A DNA stretch of 64,000 nucleotides from Octopus sinensis (Eukaryota). This document shows, piece by piece, positions 38,937 to 52,913 of the stretch. The DNA lies in assembly GCF_006345805.1 (NCBI RefSeq), contig NC_043002.1, positions 16,740,001 through 16,804,000 of the forward strand, written 5' to 3'. Numbering within the stretch: the stretch's first letter is position 1; every line of letters starts with the position of its first letter. The position numbers and the translations under genes are program-made. The notes under the pieces are model-generated. The model saw nothing but the letters and a program-made list of their open reading frames with translations. It did not search any database and was not told where the DNA came from.

Positions 38937-40111
38937 TTATCGATGGGAATTTGCTTTCCATTCCTGTTTTGTTAATTACAATACAGATTATGTAATGATG
39001 TAGATTTACATAAATATTGAATTGTGAGATGAAATCATGGAAGGTCTTTGATGGTGTACATTTTGAAATTCATATTTCTATAGCTAGAAAGTATCGGAAC
39101 ATGGAGACAAAAATACTTTCAACAGACGTTACAGACGTGTAATATGTTTTAAAATGGTGGATGAAGCCCCTCATCGCATCACCATCATTATCATCATCAT
39201 GATGCGTTGGTACCACCACCACATTATGATGACTGTTATAAGCATTAACATCAAGATCACGATTATCCTCATAAATTTGAATAAATATTATGACGATGTG
39301 GAGTTTATGAATTAAATGGAATTTTGCTAGAATATTCCCTATTGCATCACTCGATGTATCTTCAGATAAAGCCTTTGGTTGTAGTATATATATGTACATG
39401 TTTGTGTAGGAAGGTTTTGTGTATGTATTTGTGCGTGAGTGTCTGTGCATGTATCTGTGTGAAATCTCTCAAAGCCACACGGGTTATATATGGTAATATT
39501 GAGACAACCGACAAGCGGATTTATGATGTAACATTGAAGAGATAAACACGATAAAGTAACAAAAGAAGATAATCTAGATTAATATAGAATTTAACATGTA
39601 TTAGTATAATTGATACAGACCCCAATATTACTGAGCCAATATGGCGATTTTATAAAAAAACGAAGACTAAAACTCGGGACTACCTTAGCCGCCATTTTCT
39701 TCATAAAATTGGACGTTTTCTTTTAGTTGTTATCTCACAATTTGTAGCATAACCGCATTGATTTTACATGAAAACTAATTTACAGCGTATATCCCATGAA
39801 ACATATTATCTAATAGTTTACATTAGAAAATAGATTCATTTCTGTCTCTCTTTCTCTTTTCTCCCCCTCTCCCACTGTATGTAATAGATAGATACATACA
39901 TACAGACAGACAGACAGACGGACAGATAGACAGTGAGAGAAAGCGAGTGAGACAGACAATAGATACATATAGAAAGGTAGAGTGATACACGTAATAATAT
40001 TTAGTGATCACACAAATATTTAATGAATTTTCATTGAACATATAAATATTTATTCAATTATGTGCATATATAATTATATCCATTACGTATACAGATTTTC
40101 TACATTGCATA

Positions 40112-40442
40112 TATCGGTGTCCAATAAAAAATAAATCCTAGAAACCTCTAATCAAAGGCCCTCTGTTTAGGGCCAAAATGAAAGGTATTCACCAAAATGA
40201 AAGGTATATTGTTCTTCTTTCATAACGAGATATAATCTACTACAAAATAGATTTTTTAATGTATCGCCACATAACTAAAAAGCTACGAAAGTCTGGCTAT
40301 GCCCTTCACCTAGCAAAGTAGTTGGCGGGAAGAATGAGCAACGATTTTTGATATTGGCTTTTATGGCTAAGACGATTGGTACCGCTAAATATTTTTGACA
40401 TTGCACGTGCATGGTTTCCATTGTTTTTATTGGACAACATTC
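40112..40442. mobile_element. Possible Tc1/mariner-type MITE
   Basis: A perfect 13-bp inverted repeat, TGTCCAATAAAAA (40118-40130) and TTTTTATTGGACA (40424-40436), with decayed outer ends. Confidence 0.45.
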
Positions 40443-40865
40443 TGGCTTTACGCTCAAAGTTACAATACATACGTACACGCAAGAATTAGCTACTTCATTT
40501 CACATCAACTCCCAAACCTAACACAACAGACCTGAAATATACTGACGATTTTTCTTAGAAGCATCATCTAGGGGTATTTTCCCAAAAGGAAGACGAAGAT
40601 GAATCATTGCGCATGTAAAACAAAATAATATTTAAACCTCAAATGAAGAGGAATAAACGTTTAGAGAAATGCAAAGCAAAAATTGAAACGACTACCGAGT
40701 GATTCCTCTATGATCGGTAAAATAGCTGACAATGGAGGACCCATTGCAATAATGGATAAACTCCTGACAGGAAAATGATGTTAGATTATGTATGTATGTA
40801 TGTATGTATGTATGTATGTATGTATGTATGTATGTATGTATGTATGTATGTATCTATCTATCTAT

Positions 40866-41267
40866 CTCTTTTACTCTTTTACTCTTTTACTTATTTCAGT
40901 CATTTGACTGCGGCCATGCTGGAGCACCACCTTTAGTCGAGCAACTCGACCTCGGGACTTATTCTTTCTGTAAGCCCAGTACTTATTCTATCGGTCTCTT
41001 TTTGCCGAACCGCTAAGTGACGGAGACGTAAACACACCAGCATCGGTTGTCAAGCAATGCTAGGGGGACAAACACACACACATACATATATATATACATA
41101 TATACGGCAGGCTTCTTTCAGTTTCCGTCTACCAAATCCACTCACAAGGCATTGGTCGGCCCGGGGCTATAGCAGAAGACACTTGCCCAAGATGCCATGC
41201 AGTGGGACTGAACCCGGAACCATGTGGTTGGTTAGCAAGCTACGTACCACACAGCCACTCCTGCGCC
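40866..41267 (-). mobile_element. SINE family B inside a (CTAT)n tract
   Basis: Full-length match with CTAT repeats on both sides. Confidence 0.9.
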
Positions 41268-41272
41268 TCTAT

Positions 41273-41318
<46 letters not shown>

Positions 41319-41779
41319 CTGACCAATATATCCACACAAAATTACAAACTAAAGCAGATATACGTACAAAAAATAAAATTGATAAATTTATTGTTAAATT
41401 CGAAATCATTCGTTACATCAAAAATTTTGAGGTACATCTAATAGATTTTCTGGGCTACGAAAAATCCACAAATCTAAAGAAATCAAAAGTAACTTTAAAA
41501 AAAAAAAATTCATAAAATATATCTGTTCTAAACTTAGGGGTCGAGTCTAGCAAAGAGCAGTTAAGAAATTGTTTGATATAATTTTGAAACCGTGGTATAA
41601 ATTGATCTATATTGGATAAAAATACTATCCAAGTTAATTTTTAGATAAATCAGCTTTTACATAAATATCTTACTTGGAATAAGATTAGAAACGTTATGAT
41701 TCTGGATTCTAAAAAATATCCACACAGTATTTAACAGTGATTAACCAAACTAATTTCGATTTGCAGGATTAGAATTAGA

Positions 41780-42420
41780 ATTACAATATAACTACTACCC
41801 ACAAATACAAAACTCACCAATGCGAAGGTAAGTCTCACCAGCGTTTACAATACTAGTATTGTCGTTCATAGGAGGAACAAAATATTTATGCTGTCTGGGA
41901 TACATTTTATCAAAATTTCACATCCCCACTTCGAAAGAAACTGGGACAATTTTCCAAATAACTGTATCATATAAGATCCCACAAATTAATCAGTAACAGT
42001 CATGAATCAATCAAGTTCACAATGGAAATATATGAAAGGGAACTTACCTTTTTGAACATGGCGACACTGAAAGAAAAATGATCATAATAACCGATCTCTG
42101 CTGTATTGATAAAACTACACTAATATTCAGACTTCAGGTCTTGCCGCCTATCTTGCATAAAAAAAGGGATACTTCATTCAATATCGCGTATATGCTCAAT
42201 AGTTACAGACACAAATACATTAGAGAAACGACCGTAGTATTAAACATGTTCCTTCAGAAACGAAAATATCACAAACAAGCTATGCTATGACAAAAGCAAA
42301 AACTAATACAAATGTCTGGCCAAAGGAGAAACACTCACAATGAGAGTAACATCCAAAACACAAATATAAATATCGCATTTGTAGTCACCCGTAAACCTTG
42401 AAATCACATCTTGCATTCGG
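41780..42420 (+). mobile_element. Decayed Penelope-like element reverse transcriptase fragment
   Basis: Frameshifted peptides YYPQIQNSPM..VSPAFTILVL, FERNWDNFPNNCII (degenerate W.RYLDD), SHESIKFTME..ELTFLNM, IITDL, YSDFRSC..IKKGI and MFLQKRKY follow the Penelope RT core-to-thumb order. Confidence 0.72.
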
Positions 42421-43059
42421 TTAAACAACACCTCGAATTCTACATCAGTCGTCGAATCACTAATAAATTATTAATCAAAACTTGTCAATATTTCAAATAT
42501 TATGAATATAAATTTTAAGATATTTAGATGTATTTTGAATGAAAAAGATAGGAAGATGCAGTTGGGGATTTATTTATCTCTATTTAACGTGGTCCAAACT
42601 TACATACTTTTTATGATAGAACTGAGGGTTTAGGAGGCACAGAATTATGTCATATTTGTCATTCTTCTTACTCGAATCCGGAAATTTGCGTAGATCTACG
42701 AAGATATTAAGTGTTTCACAAATTGATATCAGTTGTGTTATTTGATATTTCAAACATTTGTTCTTTTATTGATTTTACATGTGCCATAATGTTATCCATA
42801 AGAAATACTCAAGTATTAATGCGGCTTTCATTTTTCGATGCAATAACTGCTATTTGTGCAGTTATTGCATCGTAGTAATATATGCTAGAGGTTGTAATTG
42901 TTACTGTTGTCAGCGTTATGTCGTGTTGATAAAAGTTTCGGAGGCAGGCTTCCTCACTTTGAGTGAGTGTGGAATAAACCCTTGATATAACCTGTGTTAG
43001 CACTATTATAGTATCTCATTCTATTTTCCACTGCCATCGTTTGATTTAATCTCCATTGG

Positions 43060-43930
43060 TTAGCCTTCTGAATGTCGTACATAAATCCATAATATATTTA
43101 ATAGATCCAAAATTTTGTGTATTATTAATCGATCTTTATTGCTTGAGAAGTCACTGATCACAGTTCTTTCACAATTCACGGTTGTACATTCTTGCGAACA
43201 ATTGTCCATTTCTTTCACTAAACCATATTCATTTCTCGCATGACCAGCATGACTCAACATCCTTCTTTGAATAGCATCTATCTCCAATTCTGTTAACCTT
43301 CTCTTTCGTATTGCTCCAGCTTGTTTATATAATCTCTTTTCAGTAATTTAAAACAGATCCATTGCATTCCATTCAACGAGCATTCATTTTTTTCTACCCT
43401 CTGACAGGCACGCCATTCGCATCTCCTGGAGTGCTTCGGTAGTAACATCCTATAACGTCATGTTTTCTAGTTTACTCCACTTACGCCTTGTAACATGGCT
43501 AGCTGGATTACAACTGGGCCCACCCTACTGCACAGTGGGATACCAGCTGGGTGCAGTAACTTCACCATTGGTTCCAGTCCCGTTAACACCGTTATCGTCA
43601 TCTATTTACCTTGGCATTTTCACTCACAAATGAGATGTGATTTTAGGTTACTAGCAACCGGTTTTTTATTGAGACATCACCCCTATCAAGATAGTCCACC
43701 ATGGCCCCCTTGGTTCTGAACCTAGAGTGGCCCTTCTCCTGGGCTGTTTGTCATTCAATGCTGACGTGTACAGCCTACCTGGAGCACTGGTTATTTGAGG
43801 GCACGAGATACTCGGATTTACCCACTCTTCTTCGTTTGCCGAAGGAATCGACTAACTGTCTGGGATAGGTCTTGCGCAGGCCATTGAGAAATTTTTTAAA
43901 TGATGGGTGCTCAAATCCCCTCACCATCCC
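43060..43930 (-). mobile_element. 5' part (5'UTR plus N-terminal domain) of a decayed R4/Dong-like retrotransposon
   Basis: The minus strand reads RRKWSKLEN..GCYYRSTP...RG*KK*MLVEWN...ITEKRLYKQAGAIRKRRLTELEIDAIQRR, the typical R4/Dong ORF N-terminus. The upstream UTR has the GGAGAAGG..ACTCT..TTCAGAACC-type motif. Confidence 0.72.
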
Positions 43931-44689
43931 GGCACTGAGAGACTAAAAGCTGAAAGTAGAAGATAAAAAAGAAAGAGAGAAAGAAATATCAATAAAAGAT
44001 AAAGCAAATGAATATCAACTAGGGAGGGGAGGAAGACATTTAACACATTTCAATATAACTCATTCAGATCAAGATGGGGAGTAGGAGGAATGCTTAGCAA
44101 TGGTTGTAAACACTGATATGGAATAGAAATTGGACATCAGAGAATATTATAGAGGGGGTGGCATCACCGCCGAGAGATAAGATGCCTACTGCAGCGCTCC
44201 TTCCTGCCGGAGTGTGACATAAATAGAGTATGACATAAATAGAGTGGTGATAAAAAGACAGTGGGACAGAGAAAGTGAGGATATATATGTGCCTTTAACA
44301 ATAGGTTCAGCAAGGTAGCGGTCTGTTTTTCAGAGCGCTGATTTCCATATGACTGTATGAATGAATAATGTGTGCGTTTTAGAAATATAAGATTTAAGCA
44401 AAGAAGGAATGAGAAGCCTTTTAACTTAATTTGAATATGACGAAAAACTAGCTTACTGTTTGAAATGGTCTGTGGCTGTGTCATTTCGGCTGAAGAATTT
44501 TACGATGTCATCAAGTAATCTACAGAAGAATTGAAAAAAATGATACAGGGAGAGAAAGAGAGAAAGAGGGTGAAAGAGAGTGGTGAATATTATTATCATT
44601 ATGAAAAAGAAGAATGAGAGGGAGGAGGACAGTAAGAAAGAGATATCAGAGAAGGCTTCTCAAAATAATCACCCAAGATGAAAAGATAC

Positions 44690-45010
44690 CAAAGATGTAA
44701 ATGAGATTAAATTTACTGGAATATCGTAAAACATTGGAATATCGCTGTCTTGAATTCAAGACAGCGAAAGAATTACCTGCGCTCACCTTCATTCGACTAA
44801 GGACTAAGTACAATCGTAAGTAAAGATGTAAGGGCCATCAACGTGGCTGGCGGAAGAAAAAGGGTGAGTGAGAGTGGTGGACTTGGCTTCAAGTATCATG
44901 ACGTCTGCAAACTCCGAGAATTTCACTGGAGATACGTTCAAAATTGTCAGAAGTGAAGAGTGTTTAGTTTCCCCAATTCTCCTAACTAAATAAAGAAATT
45001 TCATGTCCAC
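44690..45010 (-). mobile_element. Decayed Penelope-like GIY-YIG endonuclease fragment followed by a pyrimidine-rich 3' region
   Basis: YLVRRIGETKHS (YIGET-like), THPFSSASH (HFNS.SH-like) and ERR*FFR (EQRLIFR-like) appear on the minus strand, highly degenerate. Confidence 0.45.
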
Positions 45011-45164
45011 AGAGTGTCTCTGAGTATGGGGAACTGAGATACTCAGTGTAGGCAGCGGGCGGTTTTTATATAACTGCGGGAATGCTGACATAAGTTTTTT
45101 TTTTTAATGGGCACACATCTACGAGACTTAGCAAACGTTTCCTGCATTTCCACTGCAATGTTGG

Positions 45165-45197
<33 letters not shown>

Positions 45198-45660
45198 TGG
45201 TATTACATCTTCATACATATGAAAGCAGATATACAGGAAAAATGTCATTATCTACAGTAATCTATATTATTATATATTACTGGACAAATTATACAGAATT
45301 AATTGTTTAAGTGAAAAGCGTTAGATGAATATAGATTAATGTTATTATATAAAGCTTTTGTAAAATTTAAATTATAGAACGTCAGAAACACAAATTAAAG
45401 TATCAGGGGGAAACAGTCGGAGTACTATTTTATTGAATGCAATTATTTTTTTTAATTATGATAAATTACATTATAGAGTTGGTATATGTTGGTGAGGTAA
45501 CGATTCTGTTCTTCAAATGTTAATAGCAAGATAAGACTTAGTCAACACATGTATAAATGGATCTGCTTCTACACCTGTATATTTCCATCAATATGAAATC
45601 AAAGATACTGCCTCAGCCACTCGTTCTTCCTTTCGTTATGTTTGCTGTATAGTCCGTTAT

Positions 45661-45894
45661 ACCTATTTCTTTATTACCCACAAAGGGCTAAACACAGTGG
45701 GGACAAACAAGGACAGACATAGGTATTAAGTCGATTACATCGACCCCAGTGCGTAACTGGTACTTAATTTATCGACCCCGAAAGGATGAAAGGCAAAGTC
45801 GACCTCGGCGGAATTTGAACTCACAACGTAACGCAGACGAAATACCGCTAAGCACTTCGCCCAGCGTGCTAACGTTTCTGCCAGCTCGCCGCCG
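45661..45894 (-). mobile_element. SINE family A monomer
   Basis: Full consensus, flanked by TATAGTCCRTTATAC. Confidence 0.88.
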
Positions 45895-46239
45895 TTATAG
45901 TCCATTATACCAACACCAATATTACCACATTTATTATATATGAGTGTTTGTGTGTGTCAGTGAGTGTGTGTGTATTTGTATGCGTGTGTTTGTATGCGTG
46001 TGTTTGTGTGTGTATGTATATTATATATATGGTGGGTTTCCACGGAATTTCCATCACCTAAGCGCCAATGACAAATTATCGGTGTTCTCTAAGCTAATTT
46101 ATGAGACATTTGCCCAAAATAGTGCGCATGGGCCTTGCTTGATATGCCCTGCAAGGAGGAAAAACTCATTCTGTCTTACTATGATGAATCATAAGAATTA
46201 ACGACCTGCCGATCTGTATCAATATTGAAATGCCATAAG

Positions 46240-46445
46240 TGTGAGCTGGCAGAAACGCTAGCACGCCGGGCGAAATGCTTAGCAGTATTTCGTCTGTCTT
46301 TATGTTCTGAGTTCAAATTCTGCGAAGGTCGCCTTTGCCTTTCATCCTCACGGAGTCGATAAATTAAGTACCAGTTGCGAACCGGGATCGATCTAATCGA
46401 GTGGCCTCCACTCCAAAGATTTCGAGCGTTTTGCCTAGATTGTAA
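46240..46445 (+). mobile_element. SINE family A (alternative tail)
   Basis: GAGCTGGCAGAAACGCTAGCACGCCGGGCGAAATG...TGCCTAGATTGTAAAAG. Confidence 0.82.
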
Positions 46446-46928
46446 AAGAAAGTAAAAAGGCCGTGATATGATTCTTATTTACAGTTATTCAGATTCGACA
46501 TAATAAAACAAATACTAAAACATTTTCAGAATGTTTTATACCTCAAGCGAAGCTTAACACTTGCAGTTATACATCATTTTTGTTTTAAACTTCATCGTCT
46601 CTTCTAGAACCAATGGTTAGAAAGATGTCAATATTCTAGATACTGTTTAAACCCAGTTCCGCATTTCTGAAACAGTACTATAGGTTATAGTACCCTAGTC
46701 GTATGTCTAATATAACTGTTAATACATCTTCTGATATTTCTTGCTAATAATTTGACAGCATGGATAAATAAGAGGCAGATTGGCCACTTGTAGCTAGAAT
46801 TTGAAGGTTGTGTAAGATCTTCATTGTTTACTCTTCTACGACAAGTGAAAGCACAAGTGGAAATTGTAGGACTCGATCGTAAACCGCACGGTACTAAATC
46901 CCCCTAAGGATAGCAATAATTTGAGAGA

Positions 46929-47192
46929 ATACCTATTTCTTTACTACCCACACGGGGCTAAACACAGAGAGGACAAACAAGGACGGACAAACGGATTAAG
47001 TCGATTACATCAAGCCCAGTGCGTAACTGGTACTTAATTTATCGACCCCAAAAGGTTGAAAGGCAAAGTCGACCTCGGTGAAATTTGAACTCAGAACGTA
47101 ATGACAGACGAAATAAGGCTAGCACGCCGGGCAAAATGCCTAGCCGCTAGGCATTTTGCCCGGCGTGCTAACGTTTCTGCCAGCTCGCCGTC
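46929..47192 (-). mobile_element. SINE family A with an internal perfect 25-bp fold-back
   Basis: The consensus is interrupted by an inverted duplication at 47120-47170. Confidence 0.88.
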
Positions 47193-48393
47193 TTATGATT
47201 TGGGAGTATAGCTACAGCAATCAATTAATTATGATGTATGAATTAAAATTAAATAATCTTGATCTATAAAATTAATACTTTTCGTGTGAAAAACATAACT
47301 TTAATCTGCTTACTGGCATAAATGATATTTTTCTGATGCTGATATTATTGATTTTACAAATTGTTGGAATATACCAAATTCGATATTTGTTTCATTAATT
47401 CAACCACACTATATAAATTGTGTAGCCAGTGTGATGTGAAAATCAAAGTCAGTCTGTGGCGGAAGGTGAACCTAAAACTTAGGAGGAAACTAAATTCAAT
47501 ACATACTTGTTATTTTTAACCCCCCGCTTCCACAGACAGAAATGCCTCCAGTATTAAATTATATTCAAGGTTCTTGTGTATTGAAATGAAAATGCTGATT
47601 CCTAAAAGTATTAAACTAGCTTTGAAATTAATATTGATAAATGTTTCCGCAGCTTAGATCAAGAAAACTAAGTATAAACTGATATTTTATCTAAGGAAGT
47701 TATTAAGCAACGAGACTTGTTTCTCTCCCTTGAGTGGCTTCGTATTACTATTTTCTGCAAACAAATGAAGACATGTCTAAGATTTATCGCAGCGAACCAG
47801 TAATTTTCAAACGATGAATACGGTTTTAGGTATCGATATCGCAAAGATATATTCTCTGAGGGAAAACGATCAAAGAGAAGTATCTTCTAAAGCAGACAAT
47901 TTCAAATTAGCACCGATGAAATGTCCCTTGTTGTATGTTATGATTTTGTCGAAGTAGATAGTATGTTCGCTTACTAGACGAATGCTTGAGAGTTGGTGAC
48001 CTGAAACAAACAGTATAATAACGTATAGACAAAAGTGGGCGAGAGCGTCGAATATGTATTTCCTACACGAGATCGTATTATATAATGTTTATTATTAATT
48101 GCAGGAGAAATATTTAGGCAATTAAATTTAGATATTAGTATACAGGTTACTATGTTTTACTCCTTCGTGAAAGTAAAACACCAACACATGCATGCAGTTA
48201 TATAAGCATACATACATGCAGACATATAAGCGTTTGCGGCTCTTAGTTCGCAAGTTTATTCATTTGTGTGTGCGTGTATTTGTTTGTGTGTGAGTGAAAA
48301 TGATTACACTATTGGAAATTTGTAACTGATTTAGACTTTAATTTGCGGAGTGTCGTAACGCTTTAACGTATCTATACCTTGAAATCATTGCGT

Positions 48394-48776
48394 GTGGAGG
48401 CGCAATGGACCAGTGGTTAGGCTAGCGGACTCGCGGTCATAGGATCGCGGTTTCGATTCCCAGACCAGGCGTTGTGAGTGTTTATTGAGCGAAAACACCT
48501 AAAGCACCACGAGGCTCCGGCAGGGGATGGTGGTGATCCCTGCTGTACTCTTTCACCACAACTTTCTCTCACTCTTACTTCCTGTTTCTGTTGTACCTGT
48601 ATTTCAAAGGGCCGGACTTGTCACTCTCTGTTTTCACGCTGAATACCCCCGAGAACTACCTTAAGGGTACACGTGTCTGTGGAGTGCTCAGCCACTTACA
48701 CGTTAATTTCACGAGCAGGCTGTTCCGTTGATTCGGATCAACCGGAACCCTCGTCGTCGTAACCGACGGAGTGCTT
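48394..48776 (+). mobile_element. SINE family C
   Basis: Near-identical to 8991-9372. Confidence 0.9.
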
Positions 48777-50186
48777 ACATCCATTACACACGTATATTTT
48801 GGGCAGTATTTGTATTTTGCCCTTTCATTTAGTATCGCATTTGTTTGTTCACATATCTGAGTAGAACATACTATAAAACTAATTACTTATTCAAAAACAA
48901 TTATATAATGTTATAAGATAAAAGCATACATATGCAAGTAATTTTAGTTTATATTGGTGTAATAAAGATTCCTAATATAAATCTGAATTTATGTAATGAT
49001 TAAAAATATTTGTTGCACACTGATTGGTGACTGCTTGATATTAACCAGCATAATTTCTCACATGTCAACTTCTAAGTCCTTACATACATTTACGATCGTA
49101 GAAACATTAAATAATATATAAATCACTAATAAGTGGTTCTTTAGAAATAATTTGTTAATCACAAATTAAAGAATAAATTTTTAAAAATGAAATAAACTAT
49201 CGAAACTAAAGTTTCATTTTCAACTAATGATTGTTTGCCTGTTTTTAATCGTCACCAACTGTGATACAATCAAAATACATTTATTTAACTGCGATAGATT
49301 CAAAATGAATTTATTAGACGTGAAAATTGTGCATACTTACCGAAAGCTTCAAAAGTAATATAATATAGTTTTCTTTAAAGAAGAAGAAGTTTACACAGGA
49401 ATTAATTCAACACGTGAATTTAATAGTGTTGCTAGAAATTAATAATTGAAAATAGTTTTCTTTTTTTTAAATGTGTAGAGCGATGTCTGGCAATAGCTTT
49501 TCGACACCGAATAAATAATCTGTGGATTCTAATAATTTCTATGCATTTTAAATCTTTTTATTTTAAAGTTCGACTTGTTTTCTATGTATGCTTCTATGAA
49601 CATACTTGATTATATAGACATTCAAGGAAAAATAAAGAACAAGTTATAAAATTCAATTACATTGATAGAATTGAAGGAAATACCAACGAGTGCAAATATA
49701 ATCTTTAAAAAAATTGTAAGTAATGATATAAAAATAATGCGCAAATATCAAGCTACGACGCAATATATTTACCTGTATAATTTAAAATTAATTGCATTTA
49801 TTTTTTTTCTTCCATATTATGAAATATATGAAATCGGAATCAAACTTGCCTCACAAAAAGCAAAAAAGAAAATTTAACAATTCTATGAGCAATGAACTCT
49901 CAGCTATAGAATTCCAATGAAAAAAATAGCAGGTAATTGTGTTCCATTCACAGCGTAAATCCTCGATAAACACAATTTACATTTAATCTAATCTAAGAAA
50001 AACACCATTTTGCCATTACAAAATGAAGTATAGCGTTACTGAATGGGCGGAAAATTGTCTACGGAAATTAATTTCAGTACACAGTATCACGCATGGTTTA
50101 TATGTATTGCGTAGTTTATATGGGTTCTCACTTAATTTTATTTATATCTATATTAGAAATTGCTTTTATTATTTATCTATCTATTA

Positions 50187-50224
<38 letters not shown>

Positions 50225-50242
50225 CATCATCATTCTTCTTCC

Positions 50243-50275
<33 letters not shown>

Positions 50276-51051
50276 CATTATTATTATCGGAGAAATTGCT
50301 TTTTCTTATTTTAATATTATTTATTCTTTGTTTTGTTTTACTTTTTCTTTTATTTTGTTTTTTGCAACTGTTCGGTCTATGTAACACTCCTTATATTCAG
50401 TTCTCCCCCCCCCCGCACAAAAAAAAGAAAGAAAAGGAAAAAAAAGAGAAGAAACATTGAATTGAAGCTGAAAGGGAAAACTTATAAACAAAATGAATCG
50501 TATGAATAATCAAGCTCTTATTTCTTCCGAAATGCACAGAGAAATAAAGCATGCAAATAAATATCAATTTTATACTGCTTTAAAAGAGTCAATTTATTAA
50601 ATAATATAGTATATAAGTAGGGAATTGTAAGGCAGAATGTTCACAGTGCATTTCGTGCATTTCATCGTTCTAAATAGACTTAATTATGAGCAACGAAGTT
50701 GACATAACTATGGAGTATGTTGTCGTATAACCCGAAGTCAAAAGGAATAGAAAACTGTAATGACGGAAATGCTTTGAAATTTTATCAATTTCCTTTCGAA
50801 AAAGTACTGAGAAATACATTACATATGCTTCTCTATGCATTTTACGTGTAATGAAGATTTGAGGAAAACCCATCGTTGTTTCTGTCAGGTGTAACGAATT
50901 GGTCTCTGCGTTGATTATAACTCTAAAAGCAAATGCTTAGAAATTATACTGCATCATTCAGTCCTCCCAATAACCCAAAATCCAACATAGACGCATCAGT
51001 GACATAACCCTGCTTGTTTCGCTTCTTTTATCTGTAATTAGAGTAATTATC

Positions 51052-51461
51052 TATCTCTTTACTGTCGACAGAGAGGACAAACAAGGACAGGCAAACTGTT
51101 TAAGTCGATTATATCGACCCCAGTGTGTAACTGGTACTTATTTAATCGACCCCGAAAGGATGAAAGGAAAAGTCGACCAGTCGACCTCGGCGGAATTTGA
51201 ACTTAGAACGTTACGACAGACGAAATACCTATTTCTTTACTACCCACAAGGGTATAAACACAGAGGGGACAAACAAGGACAGACAAACGGATTAAGTCGA
51301 TTACATCGACCCCAGTGCGTAGTTAGTACTTATTTAATCGACCCCCGAAAGGATGAAGGTAAAGTCGGCCTCGGCGGAATTTGAACTCAGAGCGTAACGG
51401 CAGACGAAATACTGCTAGACATTTCACCCGGCGTGCTAACGTTTCTGCCAGCTCTCCGCCT
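51052..51461 (-). mobile_element. SINE family A dimer
   Basis: Two units joined at GACGAAATACCTATTTC (about 51220-51236). TTATCTGTAAT flanks at about 51028 and 51461. Confidence 0.85.
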
Positions 51462-52050
51462 TATCTGTAATATACTCTATTTATCCAGAAACAGAAAATT
51501 GAAAGCTGCACGAAGTTATAGTAATGCCAAACAAAATAAATCAATCAATAATGCTCCAATATTTCCAGACTCCTTTAAGTTTCAAAACATCTATTTCATA
51601 GTGAAGTCTCCTATTATCCACCTCAAACATTCTAAATTTCAAATACAAAAGTAAAAAGAACATTCGGATTTTATATATATTGTTAAACTATTCTACTTTA
51701 GCTTCAAGAGGACCTGACAGCCGATATCGACATAAGCAACCGTAAGAAGCAAACTGTTCAGTAGTCTCGATTTTCCTACAAACTCATTATGAAACATGCG
51801 TACGCACACGCACGCAAACGAGTGTGCATATGAGGATACACATCATAGAAGAACAGAATTGAATATCGGAACAGGATAACGCACGAGGACGGAAAGTGTC
51901 GCTGGAGAGATCACAGGTGTGTTACGAAAGATTTCCGGACAATGCACATGAGTTAAAATAGGAAGTGATAAACTCCTGAAGAGCGAATATATAATGCGTG
52001 TGATTATTTGCCCGCACCTCCCCAAAAATGAGCATGCCAAAAGACAACTA

Positions 52051-52081
<31 letters not shown>

Positions 52082-52111
52082 TTATATATACATATATATA
52101 CACATATATAT

Positions 52112-52163
<52 letters not shown>

Positions 52164-52190
52164 ATATACACACACACACATATATATATA

Positions 52191-52913
52191 GTCAATAATA
52201 AAGGGTAAAATTAATTAATTATTAATTAATAATTTTACCAAGTAGTGTTCAGTATGTAAAAATACCATTTATACTATATTTAGAACATTACGTAATATAA
52301 TTAGGGTTCAGTAAAAAAAAATTTACTTTACCACACACCGAACTTTTAGAAATAGCAGCCAAAAAATTTAGCTATTTCCTCTACTATAAGAAAAGTCTCC
52401 CAGACAATGTATACTCAAAACTAATTCACGTAGGTATAGAGGGGAAAAATAACGAAAGATCACACGTACATCGATTACTTGAGAACTCCGTTTCTGGATT
52501 AGTTAGATATAGAGATACTAGAAATACATACTCCTATCAACATTTCCGTCATCAGCCCAAGATTTCGTTAAGTTTAAATTTGAGAGCACAAAAAATCGAA
52601 CATACACGTCTGATATGAGTAATCCCAGACAAAACATCTTCGACCGCCAGTACTAACGAATTCAAAAAGTATTCCCCAGCATCTCTATATCTAACTAATC
52701 CAGAAACGGCGTTCTCCAGTAATCGATGTACGTGTGATCTTTCGTTATTTTTCCCTCTATACCTGCGTGAATTATTTTTGTGTATACATTGTCTGGGAGA
52801 CTTTTCTTATAGTAGAGGTAATAGCTAAATTTTTTGGCTGCTATTTCTAAAAGTTCGGTGTGTGGTAAAGTAAATTTTTTTACTGAACCCTAATTATATA
52901 ACGTAATGTTCTA
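52191..52913. mobile_element. Fold-back Penelope-like remnant next to (TA)n
   Basis: Arms 52281-52516 and 52681-52913 are near-identical reverse complements around a 164-bp spacer. An unpaired tail lies at 52191-52280. Confidence 0.8.
52478..52561 (-). ncRNA. Hammerhead-like motif with long stem II
   Basis: The minus strand reads CTTGGG-CTGATGA-CGGA...TCCA-GAAA-CGGA-GTT/CTCAAG. Stem I is 6 bp, the triplet is GUU, and the base of stem II is imperfect. Confidence 0.6.
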
